Shown one piece after another: positions 54,532-64,000 of a stretch of 64,000 nt of DNA. Both the position numbers and the translations under genes were made by a program. The DNA comes from Eledone cirrhosa (Eukaryota). Below the pieces are notes generated by a model. That model was not told the DNA's origin and searched no databases. It was given only the letters and a program-made list of their open reading frames with translations. Location: assembly GCA_964016885.1 (NCBI GenBank), contig OZ024765.1, positions 11,408,001 through 11,472,000 on the forward strand. The letters run 5' to 3'. The stretch's first letter is position 1. Every line of letters begins with the position of its first letter.

Positions 54532-55112
54532 ATTATATTATTCAAAATGTTAACAAATGAAAAATATTCTCATAATCAAAATATATACTTTATTATATAT
54601 ATTTCAAAGGTACTGTGCTGTATTTTTCATTACGTGCTCATCAGACAAAATATATAATTTGATATATGACATATTGCTACGGTCTTGATTATTCAATTCC
54701 CGTATTGGCAGTGTTTTATTTCATCAAATCTCAACGTTTTTATACCACAAATGATATGATAAACTTATTTTCTCTACGTCCTTTTCTTCTTTAAGTTTAT
54801 CATATCATTTGTGGTATAAAAACGTTGAGATTTGATGAAATAAAACACTGCCAATACGGGAATTGAATAATCAAGACCGTAGCAATATGTCATATATCAA
54901 ATTATATATTTTGTCTGATGAGCACGTAATGAAAAATACAGCACAGTACCTTTGAAATATATATAATAAAGTATATATTTTGCTTATGAGAATATTTTTT
55001 AACATTTTGAATAATATAAAAAACTCCAGGAAAACCTTACTGTTGAGTGCTTCTAATCTATTGTAAAACTGTATTCGTTGAGTAATCAACGAACCATATT
55101 AATCTTTGGTTA
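54532..55112 (+). mobile_element. ~490-bp palindromic PLE-type element with hammerhead motifs plus tail
   Basis: Arms 54532-54766 / 54792-55018; CUGAUGA 54915...GAAA 54954-UAUAUA-UA; tail ACTCCAGG...GAGTGCTT similar to 2740-2830. Confidence 0.8.
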
Positions 55113-55415
55113 TATATATATATATATATATAATAATAATTGTTTCTACTTTAGGCACAAGGCCAGCAATTACCCAGTGCATTACTGGTACTTTAATTTA
55201 TCGACCCTGTAAGGATGAAAGGTAAAGTTAACCTTGGCGGGATTTGAACTCAGAATGGCAAGGGCCGTAACTCTATACGTCAAAGCATGGCGTCCGACCC
55301 TCTACCAATACTGCCAATAAAATGTGGAGAGGAGGCACACGAGAGAGAGACACCAAAAAAAGAAAAAAGGAAAAAAAAATATTTTTCTTCCTCATAATCG
55401 TCTCTTTCTCCCTGT

Positions 55416-55469
<54 letters not shown>

Positions 55470-55989
55470 TTCAAGTATTTATCTGTGATGGTTACATTGT
55501 ACCACTGTGAAGAAAATACGATTTAAGCTGTCCAAAAGAACTCCACTCTAGCTGTGTATCCCCAGTGTATCCCCAGTAAGATGCTGGTGATTAATCATGA
55601 TGGAAATTTTATTTATGAAATAGTGTTAGGACAGAATGGTTTTATGGCATCTATATATAAATTTCTGCGATTCTGTCACAACATGTAAAGAGAGAGGGGT
55701 AGTTTTACTACCTCATACTGCTCCTCTCTCTTTACATCTGCTGCCTGTGTGAATGTATGTGTGTGTAAAAGGAAGGAAGGGGACGGGGAAAAAAACTACG
55801 CAGTGTGTGTATGTGTAAATGTATGTGTGTGTGTATATATATATATATGTGTGTGTATATAAAAGGTAAACAGAAATAACAACACAATCGGTACAGTATA
55901 TGGAAGGAATATATTAGGTTAACGCTTGAAATAGCAGGAAAGGGTCTTAATATTTCAGACGCTAGTCCTTCATCACAAGATTGAATGAT

Positions 55990-56033
<44 letters not shown>

Positions 56034-56585
56034 TTTAAATATATATTTATGATGATGATGATGATGATCATATTCAGGATGGTCATGACGATGATGATGA
56101 TAATAATTATAATTATTTCTACTTTTGGCACAAGGCCAGTAATTATCCCAGTGTATTACTGGTACTTTATTTTATCGACCCCGTAAGGATGAAGTCAACC
56201 TCGGCGGGGTTTGAACTCCCACCATAAAGGGCCGCATTTCCAAACAAAAAAAGGTAGTACCACCCCGTACCATGACACCAATACTGACCACCACCACAGT
56301 AACCAGCCACACCACCAACCACCATAACCACCACCACCATAACCATCACACACACACACACAACCACCAACAACCTCACCATCACAACCACCACCACCAT
56401 CACCATCCTCCCCTACCACCACCATAACCCTCCCACACAACACACACAACCACCATCAACCTCACCACCACCACCACCATCAACCCCCCCCAACCATCAA
56501 CCTCACAACCACCACCACAATCACCCCCCCCACACCACCACCGCCACCAAGCCCCCCAACAAACCCCCACCCCCACCCCCACCAG

Positions 56586-56685
56586 AGATGATACAATATA
56601 TATTGCTAACGATATCCCATTGGTATTACAGAATCTTTCTAATTATTCCTCAGTAGACTTCCACATTACAATAGAGTCTCTTTTG
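56586..56685 (+). CDS. Candidate 100-nt exon (GAIN-B-like strands)
   Basis: CAG|A GAT...; DDTIYIANDIPLVLQNLSNYSSVDFHITIESLL|GTACAC; unique island among simple repeats. Confidence 0.45.
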
Positions 56686-57080
56686 GTACACCCCCCCCCC
56701 CTCAACCCCCCCCCCCCCCTCAACACCCGCCCCCCCACACACACACCCACACACTCAACACACACACACACACAACACAACACATACACCCCCACACACT
56801 TAACACAATACACACACATACACACTCAACACAACACAAACACACTCAACACAACACAACACACACACACACTCAACACAACACATCCCCCCCCACACAC
56901 ACACTCAACACAACACACACACACTCAACACAACACACACACACTCAGCACAACACACACTCAACACAACACACACAGACACACATATATATATATACCT
57001 AAACACACACACACACATATATATATAAATATATATATATACACATATATACACAGCTACCTAAGTACTAAACACTATAG

Positions 57081-57118
<38 letters not shown>

Positions 57119-57142
57119 CATACACAGCTAAACACTAGACAC

Positions 57143-57240
57143 TATGGAGTTCCACAAAGCTGCACCAGTTTTGTCTTCTTCCCTTGGTCTTACTTTCGTT
57201 GACTTTTACATGTTTTAACTTGAGAATAACATATTCTGTG
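57143..57240 (-). CDS. Candidate exon resembling the GAIN/GPS entry
   Basis: TEYVILKLKHVKVNESKTKGRRQNWCSFVELH resembles 'V.I.L.H......C.FW'; opposite strand to its neighbours. Confidence 0.4.
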
Positions 57241-57450
57241 TCATATCACACTAGATTAATATATATATATATATATATGTATCTTTATACCTATATATAT
57301 ATAGATATATATATATATATATATCTTTATACCTATATATATATATATATTTATACCTATATATATATATATATATAATATATATATATATCTTTATACC
57401 TATATATATATATATATCTTTATACCTATATGTATATATACCTTTATACC

Positions 57451-57482
<32 letters not shown>

Positions 57483-57496
57483 TATTCATTTATATA

Positions 57497-57720
<224 letters not shown>

Positions 57721-58085
57721 GTATATACATATATATATATATATATTTATAAATATATATATTGTCATATCACACTAGATTAATATATATCTTTATATCT
57801 CTGTGTAAATATCTAATTCTCTGTCTCTCTCCACCTCTCTCTATCTCTCTGTGTCTCTCTCCACCTCTCTCTATCTCTCTGTGTCTCTCTCCACCTCTCT
57901 CTATCTCTCTGTCTCTCTCCACCTCTCTCTATCTCTCTGTGTCTCTCTCCACCTCTCTCTCTATCTCTGTCTCTCTCCACCTCTCTCTATCTCTCTGTGT
58001 CTCTCTCCACCTCTCTCTCTGTCTCTCTCCAACTCTCTCTCTCTCTCTCTCTCTACCTCTTTCTATATCTGTGTCTCTCTCCACC

Positions 58086-58116
<31 letters not shown>

Positions 58117-58666
58117 ACCCCTCTCTATCAGTATGTATCTCTCACTCTCACTTTCATTCCTTTGGACTGTCAATGGAAATTTAAGTCTCTCTCTTTCTCT
58201 CGGACTATTGCTGGTAATCTCTCCCTCTCACTACCCCCTCTCTCCCTCTCACCCCACTCTCCCTCTCACTTCCCCCCTCTCTCCCTCTCACTTCCCCCTC
58301 TCTCCCTCTCACCCCACTCTCCTCTCACTTCCCCCACTCTCCCTCTCACTTCCCCCTCTCTCCCTCTCACTCCCCTCTCTCTCTATTCCCCCCTCTCTCC
58401 GATTTAACTGTTTCTCTCCTCCTTTCTCCCTCACTCTCGCTCTCTCTCTCTTCTATCAGACTATGTCTCACTCTATCTCTTTCTCTCCACCATAAATCCC
58501 CCACCTCACACTCATACTCATATCTCTTCCTCCCACCCTCTCTCTTCTATCAGACTCCCCCTCTCTCTCACACACCATGCTCTGTCTCTCTCTCTCTTAC
58601 TACTCCTCCATCTCACACTCACTCTCCTTCTCTATCTCCCTCCCATTCCTCTCTCCTATCAGGCTT

Positions 58667-58703
<37 letters not shown>

Positions 58704-59627
58704 CATTTCTCTACCCACAGACCCCTCATTCCTTCCCCCACACTGCTGCCGCCGCCACCACCTCCACCAAGACCATTACCACCACCATCATCACCGCCAT
58801 CACCATCAACACCCCCCACCCCACCATCATCACCACCATCCAACCACCACCATTACCACCATCAACTCAACCAGCATCATCATCACCATCAACTCCTCAA
58901 TCAACACCACCACCAACTCCATAACCGCCAACACCACCCCACCAATTCCACGACGCCAACCACCACCACCAACACCACCACCAACACCAACTCAACAGAC
59001 GACGACAATGACCAACACCACCCCACCACCACCACCCCACAACCACCACCAACACCACCATCAACTCCACAACCACCACCATCAACTCAAGGACGACGGA
59101 CGACAATGACACCACCACCACCCCATCTCCACCACCACCACCAAACCATCCCACCACCACCACCACCACCACCCAACCACCACCAACAACACCAGCACCA
59201 CCACCATCCAACCACCACCAACACCACCACCACCACCACCACCACCATCCAACCACCACCAACAACACCAGCACCACCACCACCACCATCCAACCACCAC
59301 CAACACCACCACTATCCAACCAACACCAGCACCACCACCACCACCAACACCACCACCAAAACCACCACCAACACCACCACTATCCAACCACCAACACCAC
59401 CACCACCACCACCACCATCCAACAACCACCAACACCACCAACAACACCAGCACCACCAGCACCACCACCACCACCAACACCACCACCAAAACCACCACCA
59501 ACACCACCATTATCCAACCACCAACACCACCACCACCACCACCATCCAACAACCACCAACACCACCAACAACAACAACACCAGCACCACCAGCACCACCA
59601 CCACTACCACCACCACCATCCAACCAG

Positions 59628-59686
59628 ACTGTCGACACCAACGTCTCAGTAATGAAGAGACATAAGACAGCATTAGAAAGCTTTAA
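59628..59686 (+). pseudogene. Exon-like island with an AT instead of GT donor
   Basis: CAG|TVDTNVSVMKRHKTALESF then ATAAGT; phase-compatible with 56586-56685. Confidence 0.3.
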
Positions 59687-59971
59687 ATAAGTTCCTCGCT
59701 AATACTTAATAAGATATGGCATTCAAGTTGTAGCTATGAATATTCAAACAACTCTGAAGACAATATTTTAATACATAATAATCTCTATAAAAGCACAAAT
59801 ACTGAATGGAAAAATTTTCTAAACTCGTTTCACAAAGGGAAATATTTAAAGACTCATTCTATCTTTTATCAATCTAGAGATACTTCTTGCTTTAAGGCTA
59901 TCAGTGTATGTGGTTTAGATTTTATCTTACTATCAATCAATTTATCTCTAACAAGCACACAATACATACAT

Positions 59972-60348
59972 ATCATCATCATCATCATCATCACCGTTTA
60001 ACGTCCGTGTTCCACGCTTGCATGGGTTTGGACAGGGGTAGTCCCACTTGAGGCAAGAGTGATTGTCTTGCTCGCATAGGACTGTCTGGCAGGTTTTCTA
60101 CAGTTGGATGCCCTTCCTAACACCAACCACATTTACAGTGTGGGTCTGGGAGGTTTTTACCGTGTTGCCTACACGGCCACATTACAGCGTGGACTGTGTG
60201 TTTTTTTGTCGTGACACCTACACGATCTCATTTGTTTCGGCCTGGATGGTGTGGCACCAACATAACTTTACATAGAAGGGGGCGGTGTGGATGGGGTGGG
60301 GGTGGTGGGACGGGGGTGTATTTTGTTAGAGATGCCTACTGACTGTAG
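59972..60348 (-). mobile_element. Family B retroposon
   Basis: Homologous to 7545-7790 and 8170-8300. Confidence 0.85.
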
Positions 60349-60665
60349 TAGGTTTTATATATATATGTTTATATATATATATATATGTTTATATATATAT
60401 GTTTATATATATATATATATGTTTATATATATATATATATATATGTTTATATATATATATATATATATGTTTATATATATATATATATATGTTTATATAT
60501 ATATATATATATGTTTATATATATATAAATATGTTTATATATATATATATATATGTTTATATATAAAAATATATATTTATATATAAATAAATATATATGA
60601 AAAATTTCAGGACCCCAACGGCTGAGTTCAGGCCATTTCAGTACACAGGCTTTTACTGCCTCTAA

Positions 60666-60714
<49 letters not shown>

Positions 60715-60769
60715 GAAATATATATATATAAATATATATAAAGAAATATATATATAAATATATATAAAG

Positions 60770-60811
<42 letters not shown>

Positions 60812-60874
60812 AAATATATATATATATATAAATGAAAATTGCAAATATATAATAAAATGAAGAATTCGAAATAG

Positions 60875-60961
60875 AAGCCAGGACTATCCATCATCAGTGG
60901 TCTACTAGCCATCATAGGTATTTTATTCACATTACAGTTCTATTTCTAATTCTTCAATTTA
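60875..60961 (+). pseudogene. Transmembrane-helix-like island (adhesion GPCR TM1-like) with a stop
   Basis: [28 protein letters not shown]. Confidence 0.3.
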
Positions 60962-62568
60962 TGAAATAAGATAGGTTTTCAAGAGGAAGAGAAAGGAATC
61001 AGTCTTAAATAAGTTAGAGAATACATTAGTAGAGAAGGTACCCATACAGGACGAGAACTGGTACTTCTACAGGACTAGAACTGTTTCATTTGTTTGAAAT
61101 TAGACAAACAAACAGATATAAGATATTACTAGTTAAGCCCTGTAAGTTCATTAATTATTCAACTTACCAAGTTTATATTTAACCATTTAGTACTTACATT
61201 ACTCTATATATACTATTGTATTTTCATGGTAAAGGCTTTGTCTCACATAATATCTCACATAACATTTACATTACTCTATATATACTATTGTATTTTCACA
61301 GTAAAGGCTTTACCTCAGATAATATCTCACATAACATTTACATTACTCTATATATACTATTGTATTTTGATGGTAAAGGCTTTACCTCACATAATATTGA
61401 ATCTGAGATTTTGATACTAATTGTTTTGAGAACGGTGGATTGGCAGTATCGGTAGAGGGTCGGATGCAATGCTTTGCAGCAAAGAGTTACGGCCCTTTAT
61501 GGTTTGAGTTCAAATCCCACCAAGGTTAACTTTGCCTTTCATCCTTACGGGGTCGATAAAATAAAGTACCAGTAATACACTGGCATAATTGTACTGCCTC
61601 TCTGTTTTTGTTCCCATCTAAGTTTTAACTATACATATATATAGTGTATATATGCATACATATGCACATATAAACATATATACATATATACACAAGCATA
61701 TACACCATGCAAAAGGAATTATATATTATTTAGTTAACCAAAGCATATGCAAATGTTGAAATATGTAAACCTGTTCCATATATAAACTTCAAAAGAATAA
61801 CTACAAAAATAATGCAATCTATGCATGTGTGTATATGTATGTGTTTCTGTGTATGTATGCATGTGTGTGTGTGTATGCATGCATTTGTATGTATGTATCT
61901 ATCTATCTATGTATCTATGCATGTATGTGTGTATGCATGTGTGTGTATGCATGTGTTTCTGTGTATGTATGCATGTGTGTATGTGTATGTGTATGCATGC
62001 ATTTGTATGTATGTATCTATCTATCTATGTATCTATGCATGTATGTGTGTATGCATGTGTGTGTGTGAATGAACTATGTATGTGTGTGTGCCTGCATGTA
62101 TTTATGTATGTATGTATACATATGTTCATGTGTGTGTTTACGTATGTATTAATGTATATATGTGTGTGTTTACGTATGTATGCATATGTGTATATATATA
62201 TATATGTATGTATGTACTAATATATATATATATGTATGTATGTACTAATATATGTATATATGTATGTCTATGTATAAATGTACATATATATATATGTACG
62301 TATGTATATATGTATGCCTATGTATGTACATATATATATATGTATGTATGTATATATGTATATGTGTCTATGTCTACATGTATGTACGTACTTATATATG
62401 TATGTATGATTATGTCTGTATGTACGTACATATTTACATATGTATGTATGTATGTATATCTATGTCTGCATGTATGTACGTACTTATATATGAATGTATG
62501 TATGTTTATATATCTATGTCTGTATATATGTATGTATGTATGTATGTACTTATATGTATGTACTTACT

Positions 62569-63178
62569 ATGTCAGGTCACCAGTTGGTGCTACTGGTAAC
62601 ATGTATCCCAGTACAACCTGTCTCATGGTCGGGTCGTTGGCGACTAAACTGGCAACCCCACCAAGGTTTCTTGGTGAGGAGGGTGACTTCGGACATCCTG
62701 CAGGACTAAAAACAAAACCTGTCAAAGGGCAAAGGAGCTCTTAAGAGTCAATGGCCATCCAAAATCACCGGGAGAGATGACCCCTTAGCCTTTGTCAAGG
62801 CAGAATTCTAGGAGAAGGAAAACTCTGATATAACACCTGCAACCCTGATGGTATCCAATGATGTTGACTTGTTCTTCTTTTTGGTAAATATCATCTTGGT
62901 TAAGAGAGTGGGACTGGCTTTGTGCAGTGCCTTTGCTCACTATAAAAGCTTCACGGCACAGGCATTGTTTTATATCTGGAGATCTCTCTGCACTTGTTGT
63001 CACATGGTACCATGGGCCCAGCACTATGTGTCAATAATTGTCACGGGTGTAGTGTTTGTACCAGAGTTTTCAATACGCTGGCTGGACTAAAAAGGTCACA
63101 CTTGTTCAGGGCATCGGTAGTTCTCCTACATGGATATAAGGTAGTGGCCGTACTCGAAAACGAGTTGGCAGCCACCAT
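62569..63178 (+). mobile_element. Two abutting RTE derivatives
   Basis: 62569-62771 matches 53999-54200; then TAGGAGAAGGAAAACTCTG motif, zinc finger CSVCTRVFNTLAGLKRSH and RTE 3' end GGCCGTACTCGAAAACGAG..GCAGCCA. Confidence 0.75.
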
Positions 63179-63364
63179 GTACTTATATATGTATGTTTAA
63201 TCCAACTGTAAGGCCCCTTAGGTATATATCTTTTATCGTGATTAGAAATATACAATAATAAAAATCCTTAAACCCTTTTGTTACCATATTTCTATTAAAA
63301 CACCCTGCCTACACTATGTTTCAAATAATTTAATAAATAATATATGAATTAAATGCAAGAATGG

Positions 63365-64000
63365 CAAAAGCTGGTGCAGTAGTCCTCAAATGCCCCTTGT
63401 AGGGCAGAGTCCTCAAACACTCCCTTTAGCAGGTTCTGAAAGAAGCAACCATCTCCAACTGATTCAGCTAGATCCCCAAGCAAGACCAGCCAAGCTCATG
63501 GATGTTATCCAACCATCTTGCTTGAGGTAGTTTACCCCTGCATCTCCTGCTGGTTGGTTTTGCCCATAAAAATCTGTCCAGCAATTCTTTCCTGAGACAT
63601 TCTAACCACATGTCCATTGTATCAGAGCTGTGATCTCTCAATTCAGAGAAGTAGCAGCTCTACCTGGAATGACTCTCTGATCTCTGAGCTACAAATCTGT
63701 CCAGCAATTCTTTTCTGAGACATTCTAACCACATGTCCATTGTATCAGAGCTGTGATCTCTCAATTTAGAGAAGTAGCAGCTCTACCTGGAATGACTCTC
63801 TGGTCTCTGAGCTACAAATATCTCCAGCAATTCTTTCCCGAGACATTCTAACCACATGTCCATTGTATCAGAGCTGTGATCTCTCAATTCAGAGAAGTAG
63901 CAGCTCTACCTGGAGTGACTCTCTGATCTCTGAGCTACAAATCTGTCCAGCAATTCTTTCCTGAGACATTCTAACCACATGTCCATTGTATCAGATCTGT
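63365..64000 (-). mobile_element. RTE ORF remnant with a 123-bp tandem amplification running off the window
   Basis: Unit translates as ELLLL*IERSQL*YNGHVVRMSQERIAGQI; period 63571/63694/63817/63940. Confidence 0.85.

Noticed and set aside
59628-60961. A-to-I editing rescuing the AT donor and in-frame stops of the exon islands
   Set aside because: Tempting in a cephalopod, but there is no RNA evidence; editing would only give Trp at the stops, and ordinary decay explains the pattern.

Overview
AT-rich metazoan DNA dominated by microsatellites. The SINE and simple-repeat make-up looks like an octopus or other coleoid cephalopod (inference). No intact protein-coding gene is visible, and nearly all listed ORFs are simple-repeat artefacts. 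The window contains: (1) many tRNA-headed SINEs and RTE-clade LINE fragments, several amplified into minisatellites; (2) at least 12 hammerhead-ribozyme-like motifs of the minimal dimer-forming type known from Penelope-like elements (PLEs), most embedded in 220-490 bp fold-back palindromes and sharing a conserved ACTC...GAGTGCT tail, plus a PLE RT fragment; (3) two R4/Dong-like endonuclease 3' ends sitting in (CATA)n; (4) a Helitron-like and a piggyBac-like non-autonomous element; (5) short unique exon-like islands resembling parts of an adhesion GPCR (SEA, GAIN/GPS, TM1), several with stops and lying on both strands. All coordinates were read by eye and are approximate.
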